From Thermoproteota archaeon (GTDB lineage: Archaea; Korarchaeota; Korarchaeia; Korarchaeales; Korarchaeaceae), in contig JALSOH010000004.1 of assembly GCA_026986575.1 (NCBI GenBank), forward strand, positions 352,001 to 416,000: 64,000 nucleotides of DNA, written 5' to 3'. Positions 39,447-48,013 of the stretch are shown here, in pieces (position 1 is the stretch's first letter; every line of letters begins with the position of its first letter). The position numbers were made by a program, and so were the translations under genes. A model generated the notes under the pieces. That model ran no database searches. It was not told the origin of the DNA and worked only from the letters and a program-made list of their open reading frames with translations.

Positions 39447-40787
39447 TCACCTCCAACATGGTGGAAATACGTTCAATCCTAGGTGAGCGCCCAGCTCTCC
39501 GGCGATGTTCGTCTGCATGATCCTCCTGATCTCCTCCATGTCGCTGGTATGACCTAAAGCGTACATCAGCTTTATCAAAGCTACTTCAGGGAGCATATCT
39601 CCTCCAGGAATCACACCAGCCACTAGGAGACGCCTTCCCGTCTCATAAACCTGGAGATCCACCCTCCCGAATAGGCATTGGGATGTTACGACTACGGGAA
39701 CTCCGCTGCTAACTATCTCCCCCACGGTAGGGATGAGCCAGCGAGGGACATGGCCCAATCCCGTCCCGGCTATTACTACGCCCTTGAACCTCTCACCAGC
39801 ATATCTCAGCATGTCCTCCGGCATACCGGGCCACACGTGGAGGAGAGCCACGTTGGGCTCAAGTCGATCGTCTAGCTCTACCTGACTTCTTCCCTCTCTT
39901 CTGGGGTTGAACTTGTTGGATAACAACTCTATCTTCTCTCTCGTCACTTTAGCAATTGGAGGTTCGTTTACTGGCTGGAAAGCATCTCTCCTAGATGTAT
40001 GAAGCTTCCTCGCCTTCACCCCCCTTATCACGAAGGCATAATCATCGTGTGGGCTCCCGTGCATCACAATGACGGACTCGGCAATGGGCCCTTGCGCCGC
40101 CATCCTTGCAGCAGCTATCAAGTTGAGGATAGCATCAGTAGATGGACGATCTATTGACCTTTGAGAACCGACCAGAATGACCGGCTTATCTAGGTTACGC
40201 AGCATGAATGCCAGGGCAGCCGCCGTGAAATGCATGGTGTCGGTGCCATGGGCTATTATGGCACCCTCTGCTCCCTTCCTTAACTCATCGTAAACTGCCT
40301 TGGCGATCTTCCTCCAATGATCTGGAGTTAAATTCTCGCTGAACTCAGCAAACAGAGGCACGTAATCTATGTTGACGATCTCAGCCAGCTCGGGTACTAT
40401 GTCAAGTAGCTCCTCTGGCTTCTCGTGAGATATAACCGCCCCCGTAGAGTAGTCGACCCTAGAAGTGATGGTTCCCCCGGTCACTATGAGGGGAACATAG
40501 GGTAGATCCTCCCTGAACCTGAGCGAGGGGATCTCTCTCCTCTGAATGGGCTTTCCCTTCTCCAGAACCTCTATCTCGACGCCATCTAGGTATATCCCAA
40601 CGTTATATCCACTGTCTAGCTTCAGGATCACATGCTCATCGTCGAAAATCTCTGGTCGCGGTATTACGATTCCCTCATATACTAGACTCCCTTTCCTTAT
40701 TCTGATCCTATCGTAGTCTTCCACACCTAGAGAAGAGAGGATACGCTTGGCCTTTCCCTTATAGTGGAGAGTCATCGGTCCAGTCAA
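39447..40787 (-). CDS. gatD: Glu-tRNA(Gln) amidotransferase subunit D
   Basis: KLDSGYNVG, TGGTI.SRVDY.TG, HGTDT, GSQRS.DRPS. Confidence 0.97.
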   Translation of the reverse strand: MTGPMTLHYKGKAKRILSSLGVEDYDRIRIRKGSLVYEGIVIPRPEIFDDEHVILKLDSGYNVGIYLDGVEIEVLEKGKPIQRREIPSLRFREDLPYVPLIVTGGTITSRVDYSTGAVISHEKPEELLDIVPELAEIVNIDYVPLFAEFSENLTPDHWRKIAKAVYDELRKGAEGAIIAHGTDTMHFTAAALAFMLRNLDKPVILVGSQRSIDRPSTDAILNLIAAARMAAQGPIAESVIVMHGSPHDDYAFVIRGVKARKLHTSRRDAFQPVNEPPIAKVTREKIELLSNKFNPRREGRSQVELDDRLEPNVALLHVWPGMPEDMLRYAGERFKGVVIAGTGLGHVPRWLIPTVGEIVSSGVPVVVTSQCLFGRVDLQVYETGRRLLVAGVIPGGDMLPEVALIKLMYALGHTSDMEEIRRIMQTNIAGELGAHLGLNVFPPCWR

Positions 40788-40820
40788 CCGGTTCTACAGT
40801 AAAAAAGATTGGATGGAGGG

Positions 40821-41231
40821 TCAACCTAGAACAGGCCTGAACTTGTAGGAGTAGGCTATGAGGCCAGATTCACCGCTCACGCGCGTCTTCCTTATTACCA
40901 TCTCTACCTCCATTCCTTCCTTGACCTCTTCTGGATGCACATCCGTTAGCTGTGAGAAGACACGAGTACCATCCTCCAGCTCTATTAGGGCTACGACGTA
41001 AGGAGTGTAATACTCGTATCCTCTGGGGGCGTTCCAGATTACGGAGTAGTTGATGACCCTACCTCTTCTGGGCAGCGCCACTCTCTCAATGTTCCTAGAT
41101 CCGCACACAGGACATACTCCCTCCTCCGGCAGCGTTTTATGGCCGCAATCCTTGCACCTACCTCCCTCCAACCTGTATCTAGCCGGGAGTTCCCTCCAAT
41201 GGGCTGGGACACTTTGCCAATATGCCCACAT
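40821..41231 (-). CDS. DUF35 Zn-ribbon/OB-fold scaffold protein
   Basis: C..CG.....P...CP.CGS plus OB fold ending Y.YKFRP. Confidence 0.92.
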   Translation of the reverse strand: MWAYWQSVPAHWRELPARYRLEGGRCKDCGHKTLPEEGVCPVCGSRNIERVALPRRGRVINYSVIWNAPRGYEYYTPYVVALIELEDGTRVFSQLTDVHPEEVKEGMEVEMVIRKTRVSGESGLIAYSYKFRPVLG

Positions 41232-41234
41232 AGA

Positions 41235-42368
41235 TCACACCCCCCTCACTAGGTGGACGACCGAATTGGCCCCTAGACCGCCTACACTGAGCAAGAGCCC
41301 GCCCTTGGCACCGGGAACCTGCCAACCCTCGGCCCTTCCAGTTATTTGTAGGAAAGCTTCTGCCATCTGGTAGACGCCGGTCGCACCCACGGGATTCCCT
41401 CGTGCCTTCAATCCTCCCTCCGGATTGATGGGTGTGGAACCATCTCTCCGGGCATCTCCATTACTGAAGAGTAACGATGCTTTCCCTCTCTCCGCCAGGC
41501 CGAGCTCTTCGACTTCAACGTATCCCATCACACTGGAGTAATCGTGGATCGCGTAGAAGTCTGGCTTGAAGTCTGGAGATGTCTCGAGAGCCCTCTTAAA
41601 AGCTGCGCGCACTGAGGGTAACTGAGTCAGATCATTCCTGCGGTAGATGGAGATGGTATCAGTTGCCTGACCGGATGAGACTATCTCGACGCTGCTCTCT
41701 TTACCTAGGTCCTTGGAAAGGACTACTGCCGCGGCTCCATCACTGATAGGAGCGAGATCTAGCATCGTAACTGGTTCCGCTATCACCGGAGATGATTCGT
41801 AACTTTGGGGCTTCAGCTTGAACCTGAGCTGGGCATGAGGGGTCGTCGACGCGTTCTCATGCATTAGCAGGGGTAAATGGGAGAACTCTTCCTTCGGAAC
41901 GTCATACTTCCTCATGTAGGCCCGCATCATCATGGCATGCATCGATTCCAGTGTCCCTCCTGGAAAGGCCTCGTACTCCGAGTCTATGAAGGTAGAGAGA
42001 GCCGATGTGGAGTCCTCTAGCGATGTGTAGTCGGTCATCTTCTCCACGCCCACTACCAGTACCTTCTCCGCGGTTCCGCTCGCCACCAACGACTTGGCGA
42101 GTAGTATAGCCGCTCCTCCCGAGGCCCCAGCCGCCTCCACCTTGACTGCGGGCGTGCCTACCATTCCCAGATGGGTAGCAACGTAGGATGCTAGGTTCTC
42201 TTGAGCGTTTACCACCCCAGACAGCGCATTGGCGACGACTAGGAAATCCACATCCTCGACCGATGCATCCTCCAAAGCGGAAAGAGCAGCTTCCACAGCT
42301 AGATGCCTCAAGGACCTATCCCAATGGTTGCCCACCTTAGTCAAACCCACACCTATCACGTAGACCAT
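41235..42368 (-). CDS. Acetoacetyl-CoA thiolase homolog lacking the catalytic Cys
   Basis: VGVEKM, P.SDGAAAVV, INPEGGL.ARG.PVGATG; VEAAGASG in place of VEAACASG. Start at ATG 42368. Confidence 0.88.
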   Translation of the reverse strand: MVYVIGVGLTKVGNHWDRSLRHLAVEAALSALEDASVEDVDFLVVANALSGVVNAQENLASYVATHLGMVGTPAVKVEAAGASGGAAILLAKSLVASGTAEKVLVVGVEKMTDYTSLEDSTSALSTFIDSEYEAFPGGTLESMHAMMMRAYMRKYDVPKEEFSHLPLLMHENASTTPHAQLRFKLKPQSYESSPVIAEPVTMLDLAPISDGAAAVVLSKDLGKESSVEIVSSGQATDTISIYRRNDLTQLPSVRAAFKRALETSPDFKPDFYAIHDYSSVMGYVEVEELGLAERGKASLLFSNGDARRDGSTPINPEGGLKARGNPVGATGVYQMAEAFLQITGRAEGWQVPGAKGGLLLSVGGLGANSVVHLVRGV

Positions 42369-42390
42369 GGCATCACCCCTCCAAAACACC

Positions 42391-43476
42391 TCAGTAGGCA
42401 CTGAAGTCGTGGAGCATGCGGATCATCCTCCTGTACCTAGCGTAGGTCGTGTAATCAACGTACTCCTTTCTGGAGACGTAATCCATAGTTTTGGGAGCCA
42501 ACTCTTGGACCTCCCCTATTCCCTCCTTCACCTCAATGTGGAACGCGTCACTCCCAGCTCCCGAACCGAACGATACGACAAGTATCTTCTGTCCGGGCTT
42601 AGCCTGATCCAAGACGGCCGCTAACCCGACCAAAGCCGATCCGCTGTAGGTATTTCCTATGTAAGGAGTTATTAGACCTGGCTTTATCTTGTCCGGTGTG
42701 AATCCAAGCCTCGTCCCTACCCTTAGGGGAAACTTCCCGTTCGGCTGATGGAATATGGCGTAATCGTAATCCTCGGGTGTGGTGCCCATGAGGGCCATGA
42801 GCTCCTTAGCTGCAGTCATTATATGCTTAAAGTAAGCTGGTTCTCCCGTGAAAGCCCTCGTGTGAGCCGGATAGCGTTCATGCTGTCTCCTCCAGAAGTC
42901 AGGGGTATCCGTTACGTGTGAAAGCGAGGCCTCTATCACCGCCACCGACTTGTCCGCTGGACCTAGGATGTATGCGGCACCGCCAGCGGAGGCCGTGTAC
43001 TCCAGCGCATCACCTGGAGCGCCCTGAGCCGTGTCCGCCCCCACGGCCAGCCCGTAATCGATCATTCCAGAGCCTATCAGCCCTAAAATTGATTGAATGG
43101 CCTCAGTTCCGGCCTTACAGGCGAACTCGTAGTCAGCACCGGTGGTGAGCCTGCCCTCACCCCCAGCACCTAGGGCATCGATCAGCATGGTGGCTGTTGT
43201 CTTAACCGCGTAGGGCTTGGACTCCGTCCCGACGTAAACTGCCCTTAGCTTCGACGCATCTATGCGCGCCCGTTTCAACGCATTGATCGACGCCTCGTAG
43301 GCTATAGTGAAGGTGTCCTCGTCGATGCCTGGAACGCTCTTTTCCTCAACCATGATACCCGCGGCATACCTGTTCCAGTCGCGCCCCCATCCTCTCGCAA
43401 GCTCCTCCGACTTGATGCGCCATTTGGGAACGTAAACTCCCCAGCCAACTATTCCAACCTTTCTACTCGCTCTCAT
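42391..43476 (-). CDS. Hydroxymethylglutaryl-CoA synthase (archaeal)
   Basis: [36 protein letters not shown]. Confidence 0.95.
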   Translation of the reverse strand: MRASRKVGIVGWGVYVPKWRIKSEELARGWGRDWNRYAAGIMVEEKSVPGIDEDTFTIAYEASINALKRARIDASKLRAVYVGTESKPYAVKTTATMLIDALGAGGEGRLTTGADYEFACKAGTEAIQSILGLIGSGMIDYGLAVGADTAQGAPGDALEYTASAGGAAYILGPADKSVAVIEASLSHVTDTPDFWRRQHERYPAHTRAFTGEPAYFKHIMTAAKELMALMGTTPEDYDYAIFHQPNGKFPLRVGTRLGFTPDKIKPGLITPYIGNTYSGSALVGLAAVLDQAKPGQKILVVSFGSGAGSDAFHIEVKEGIGEVQELAPKTMDYVSRKEYVDYTTYARYRRMIRMLHDFSAY

Positions 43477-43698
43477 ATGATCACCTTATCAGCTAGATGG
43501 AACATAGCTGTCTAATCGAGGTCTATAGCTTTGATCAGGAGGCTCCCTCGTCGAAATATTAAAAGTTAGTATGTTACGAGCCGGAAATAAACAAGAATTA
43601 TATAAACGGGGACATGCGAATTCCTACGTTAATCTTGGCGAGAGTCGACGATCCTTTCATTAACTAACGTAGGAGTGAATGTAAAAAGAGGAGGTCTA

Positions 43699-44178
43699 TC
43701 AGGACACTTGACCGCGGTAGACCCTCTCTACCGCCTTCAACAGAGCGAATCCGATCACATCGATGGCTATTACAGATCCTATCAGTATGTAGACAAAGGT
43801 TATGAGGAAAGGCTGGTTGAACAGCTGATATAGATAGGCGGAGACTATCAGGGAGACCGTGACGGGCATCTGACCTAGGGCGAGTAGGGGTCTATCCCTC
43901 AACTTCCAAGCTATGGCCGTTGCGATGAGATTCGCCGCTGAACCTCCTAGGGCATCAACTACCCCGAATGGCCCGAGCATGTTCGCTATGAAGCAGCCTA
44001 AAGTCGTTCCCAGTATAGTTGGGGGACCCATCAGCACTGATAGCGCCAGCAAAGCATCGGCTACCCTCACCTGAACCGCGTAGAAGGATATCGGAGCCAG
44101 CACAAGGGTCAGCACAGCGTACGCAGCCGCTATCACCGCGAGCATGGCGACATCACTACTCAGGTTCCTCATTCTCAT
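43699..44178 (-). CDS. QueT-family transporter
   Basis: AA.YAVLT....PISF..VQVR.A.AL, G...GCFIAN. Confidence 0.85.
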   Translation of the reverse strand: MRMRNLSSDVAMLAVIAAAYAVLTLVLAPISFYAVQVRVADALLALSVLMGPPTILGTTLGCFIANMLGPFGVVDALGGSAANLIATAIAWKLRDRPLLALGQMPVTVSLIVSAYLYQLFNQPFLITFVYILIGSVIAIDVIGFALLKAVERVYRGQVS

Positions 44179-44203
44179 CCACCCCGAACGCGTGCTCACC
44201 AAC

Positions 44204-44830
44204 CTATTTAAGAACCTTCCCCGTTTCCATGTACCAGAGATAGAGATCGAGTTCTCCCAAAGCTAAGCCTGTCTTCTCAGCTATTTTCTCGAGTATCGAT
44301 TCTATCTCCAAGTACTTCCTCCTCGTAAGGGACTTGGGCTTCTCTATGATCCCATACCTCACCAGTACATCCACTATGTGGTAATCGATTATTGCCACAT
44401 TCTTGTACCCTATATTCCTCAGGAAATGGCTGGCTTCCTTGTATCCTAGACCTCTCACATTCTTGACTAACCACTCTCTGAGACTCTTCTCATCCTTGAA
44501 GCTGCTTAGGATGTCCTTCAACTTGGGTAAGAGTTTTCTGGCTTCGACGATGTACTCAGCTCTGGCCTTGGGGAAGCGGTGACCGAGCTCCCTCAATCTC
44601 CTCTCCAGTTCCTCCTTGGGAAGCGTTATGAATCCATCTCCTATAGCTCTCTGTATCCTTATCCCGCCTTCAGCGCTGTAGTTGGCAGTTAAGAGGCAAA
44701 AAGCCAGCTCTTTGAATATCTCCTCTGCACTGCTCTTCCCCAGCCGCTCGAACTCCCTCATCCTGATAGCAATTAGCTTGGAGACCTCCTTACTTCTCAG
44801 CCCGTTCACTTCCCTAATCAGTTCCTCCAT
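44204..44830 (-). CDS. ogg: 8-oxoguanine DNA glycosylase/AP lyase (OGG2 type)
   Basis: EL.FCLLTAN, HRFP..RA, GLGYKEASHFLRN, IID.H, TGKVLK. Confidence 0.93.
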   Translation of the reverse strand: MEELIREVNGLRSKEVSKLIAIRMREFERLGKSSAEEIFKELAFCLLTANYSAEGGIRIQRAIGDGFITLPKEELERRLRELGHRFPKARAEYIVEARKLLPKLKDILSSFKDEKSLREWLVKNVRGLGYKEASHFLRNIGYKNVAIIDYHIVDVLVRYGIIEKPKSLTRRKYLEIESILEKIAEKTGLALGELDLYLWYMETGKVLK

Positions 44831-45488
44831 TCCCACTACTATCACCCAGCCTGTACGTTACCACCGCCCCATCCTCGAACTCGTCTATCTCCACTGTTCT
44901 CGCCTTCACTCCTGAATCCACTAGCGCAAGCCTGAAATCTTCGAAGTAGTCGTAGAAACCGCATGTTCTGCAGAAGTTACCTGTAAACTCGACCTTGACA
45001 AGATCGCCCCTTATTTCCAGCAACACTGCCTTGGCTTCCGGACTTCTAAGCGAGTTGAACCTCTCAACTGCCCGTTCCACAGCCTGCCGAAGGTCTTCGC
45101 TGGCCTGCTTGAAGTCAAACTTCCAGATTCCATGCTTCGAGCAGAGGATTCTCACCTCAAAGTCACCTCTAGGTCTATCGAACGCGGTTCCAGGCACTTC
45201 GCCCGACAGGTACTTCCTTACCCTGCCGTCCGCGCTTACTATCTCGATCCAGATTATTCTCGAGTCTTGGGTCATCTCATGGGGGACCACTCCCACCTCC
45301 ACATAGATCCTCCCGTCCTCATCGAATATGCTGGGTTCATGCTCTTCAGCGCCGTCATCACCCTCTCCCTTGAACTCCATGGGGACCATTGGCTTGCCAT
45401 GGCACATAAGAGGCTCGCTTCTCGAGCTCGAGTAGGATTCGACGATCCTCCCGCACACAGCGCACCTGTAGAATTCCCCGCCATTCAT
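44814..45488 (-). CDS. Desulfoferrodoxin/superoxide-reductase-like domain fused to a NifU-like CxxC domain
   Basis: C..CG...L.CHG..M, EEH.P, PHEM, CSKHGIW, then FTGNFCRTCG.YDYFEDF. Confidence 0.7.
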   Translation of the reverse strand: MNGGEFYRCAVCGRIVESYSSSRSEPLMCHGKPMVPMEFKGEGDDGAEEHEPSIFDEDGRIYVEVGVVPHEMTQDSRIIWIEIVSADGRVRKYLSGEVPGTAFDRPRGDFEVRILCSKHGIWKFDFKQASEDLRQAVERAVERFNSLRSPEAKAVLLEIRGDLVKVEFTGNFCRTCGFYDYFEDFRLALVDSGVKARTVEIDEFEDGAVVTYRLGDSSGNGGTD

Positions 45489-45521
45489 CGACCTTTCTCG
45501 AGAACCTGGGTAAATAAAGGT

Positions 45522-46201
45522 TCAAGACCGGGGAGTGAGTGGCTTGAAGGGGGAGGAATCTTCGAGTATCCTCATTGACTTCAGGACAAACCTCAAAACC
45601 AGCAGCATGAGCGGAATTCCAAGTAGTAGGAATGAGCCGGGATCCACGAACAGGAGGAAATCGTAGGTGCCGTGAAGTAATACCGGAAATGCCAGCGCCT
45701 TCGCCAGACCCCCCTGGATCCCATAATCTTCGCCCTCCCCAAGTACACTCCCATGACAGCACCATCCAGCGCGTGGCTCGGAACTGCCAGCACTGCCCTC
45801 ACTAAACCCACCAGAACCCCACCTTCCAGCACGTAAAACAGGTTCTCCAATGTGGCAAATCCCAAGGAGGAAGCTACAGAGTAAACTACTCCATCAAAGG
45901 GCTCATTGAATTCTTTCGAGTTGTAGGCCAGCAATAATACCGCCAAGAACTTCACGAGCTCCTCCGGAAATCCTATACCGAGGTAACTCATGTAAATTAG
46001 GAGCGAAATGTCCCTCAACCTAGGGGATAGGTTAGAAAGTAGTAGGTCCTCAAGGAGTACTGCTGGAAAAACGGCCAGCACCCCAGCGAGGAACACCTTT
46101 CCAACTAGTGACAAAGATTCCCTTTCATATTTATCCTTTAGATAGAAAATCATCAGCAGAAACAACCCAGGGGCCACTGAGAGCGCTAACAGATGTAACA
46201 T
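45522..46201 (-). pseudogene. prsW: PrsW-family intramembrane metalloprotease interrupted by a frameshift at a G6 run
   Basis: EE..K, GFA..EN and PSH motifs in frame 1; the last motif (HGTYDF) and TM helices continue in another frame after C6 at 45709-45714. Confidence 0.8.
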
Positions 46202-46213
46202 GATCCTCCTCCC

Positions 46214-46285
46214 ACTCTGGGGGGTCGGGACTCGGCAAAGTCATCACCCGTCAGCCGGTTGATCCTACCTCATTCCCCCTAGAGC
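46214..46285 (-). ncRNA. C/D-box guide sRNA (16S 5' end and 23S targets)
   Basis: Terminal stem; box C AUGAGG, D' CUGA, C' GUGAUGA, D CCGA; guides complementary to CCGGUUGAUCCUG and ACUCGGCAAA. Confidence 0.9.
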
Positions 46286-46372
46286 CTTGGGGTAATCAAC
46301 CTAATAAAGGGATCAGCCATCAACCCAGCTTCAATCAGCCAGTCAAAAGAGGAGGGTAGGGAAGGAAAGCAA

Positions 46373-47245
46373 TCACCCCTCCTTCTCCGCCTTGACCTTG
46401 GCAGGAAGGGCCTCAGCTGGCTTATGCGGCTTGAGACCAAACTTCCTCTTTATCAAGAGCTTCTTTAAGAGCTGTATTCCTTGGGCAGGATCAACCCCTC
46501 TTGGACAGACATCTGAGCAGGAGGCAGCGAAGTGACAGCGCCAGCACCCATGCTCGGTATCCACGATGGGTATCCTGACATCTAGACCGTCATCCCTAGT
46601 ATCAACTATGTACCTGTACGCCTGAGCTAGGGCTTGAGGTCCTAGGTACTCGTAATCTGTTGCTGCGGTTGGGCAGGCGGAAAGACATGCACCGCACTTT
46701 ATACAATCGGTGAACTGGTAGTACCTAGCATACTCATCAACTGTCTGCTTGTAAGGGCCAGTAGGATTGTTCAGCTCGACCTCATCGTTCCTTATTATCC
46801 AAGGCTTCACAGCCCTGTGCTTTTCGAAGAAGGATGTGAAATCAGCAGCTAGGTCTCTCTCAACGGGGAAGTTATCCAAGGGTCTCAACTCGACGACATC
46901 ACCGCTTCCAGCAGCCTCCAGAACTCTAGTCTGACAGGCCAGCATCTGTTTGCCGTTTATCATCATGGCGCACGATCCACAAAGTCCCATCCTGCAGGAG
47001 TACCTTATTCCAAGGGAATGATCCGTCTCCCCCTTTATTATAAGGAGGGCATCTAAGACGGTCATTCCTCTAGAAACTTCCAGTTCGTGTTCCTCCCAAT
47101 GTGGAGCGTAATCTTTCCTCGGGTTGTATTTGTAGATCCTGAACTTTATCTTCCTCACAGGCTTCCAGAGCTCCTCGGAGGCCTTCACGGTCTCCTCAAG
47201 TACCTCAGGCGGAAGAACATATTCCTTAGCTTCCTCTGAAGCCAT
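46373..47245 (-). CDS. sdhB: Succinate dehydrogenase/fumarate reductase Fe-S subunit
   Basis: SCRMGLCGSC, CIKCGAC...CP, CHFAASCSDVCP. Confidence 0.95.
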   Translation of the reverse strand: MASEEAKEYVLPPEVLEETVKASEELWKPVRKIKFRIYKYNPRKDYAPHWEEHELEVSRGMTVLDALLIIKGETDHSLGIRYSCRMGLCGSCAMMINGKQMLACQTRVLEAAGSGDVVELRPLDNFPVERDLAADFTSFFEKHRAVKPWIIRNDEVELNNPTGPYKQTVDEYARYYQFTDCIKCGACLSACPTAATDYEYLGPQALAQAYRYIVDTRDDGLDVRIPIVDTEHGCWRCHFAASCSDVCPRGVDPAQGIQLLKKLLIKRKFGLKPHKPAEALPAKVKAEKEG

Positions 47246-47257
47246 AAAACCACCCCC

Positions 47258-47578
47258 TCATGCGAACCCAAGTGCGACCATCAGCACTTGCAGGCCCACG
47301 GCGTACGTGACTATACCCACTATCAGGATGGCCCAGCTGATCCACTTGGTCCAGCACCTGTCGGGTACCATCTCAATAAGGATTACCCTGACTCCATTAA
47401 AGGCGTGGTAAAGGAGGGCAGCCAAGAATATCGCCATGTTACCGAGGTAGAGGACTGGGCTCGCCTTTATGGCCGCGCCTATGACCGGGTCATTGTTCGC
47501 GAGCAGGTGTATTAAACCAGTAATCATTATCAGGACGGCAGCAACATAGTGAAGAAACATGATAGTGGATTCTCTCAT
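47258..47578 (-). CDS. sdhD: Succinate dehydrogenase membrane anchor subunit D
   Basis: Three TM helices with His ligands (FLHY, IHL, YHAFNGVR). Confidence 0.85.
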   Translation of the reverse strand: MRESTIMFLHYVAAVLIMITGLIHLLANNDPVIGAAIKASPVLYLGNMAIFLAALLYHAFNGVRVILIEMVPDRCWTKWISWAILIVGIVTYAVGLQVLMVALGFA

Positions 47579-47583
47579 GTCAA

Positions 47584-48003
47584 TCACCCCATCATCGGCT
47601 GAACTATGAGCGCGTAATAGGCCCAGATAGCTGCGAGGACGACGAACAGTACCAAGGCAAACACCACCACGTATCTCTGAACTCCCTCTATCGATACCGG
47701 TCTCTGAGAGGGCTTCTTAATTAGAAGAGGCTTCCCTACAGCGAATCCCAGCTCGGCCAATATTAGCCTTATCCCGTTGGCCGTGTGGAAGGTCACGATG
47801 ATGCCGAGCAGAGCATCCCACCACAGCCCAGGATGCCATCCAGTGCTGTAGAAGTGGGCCAGCACAAACAGAACTATTAGGATTCCAGTTATCCTGTGAG
47901 CAGCGTAAAGCCACCTCTCAATCGTATAGGCCCTATTGAACCAGCCGGAAATACCCCTCATGTTTTTCGCATAATACTCCTTAAACTCGCTCTCAGCCTC
48001 CAT
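47584..48003 (-). CDS. sdhC: Succinate dehydrogenase membrane anchor subunit C
   Basis: HRITG, AHF, FH.ANGIR; three TM helices. Confidence 0.88.
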   Translation of the reverse strand: MEAESEFKEYYAKNMRGISGWFNRAYTIERWLYAAHRITGILIVLFVLAHFYSTGWHPGLWWDALLGIIVTFHTANGIRLILAELGFAVGKPLLIKKPSQRPVSIEGVQRYVVVFALVLFVVLAAIWAYYALIVQPMMG

Positions 48004-48013
48004 AACCCTCACC

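Noticed and set aside
42120-42135. Selenocysteine or recoding explanation for the missing thiolase Cys
   Set aside because: The codon is GGG, not TGA, and other catalytic positions are also changed.
43621-43675. preQ1 riboswitch or SECIS next to the QueT gene
   Set aside because: The hairpin is downstream of queT, lacks the preQ1 consensus, and no in-frame TGA selenoprotein is nearby.
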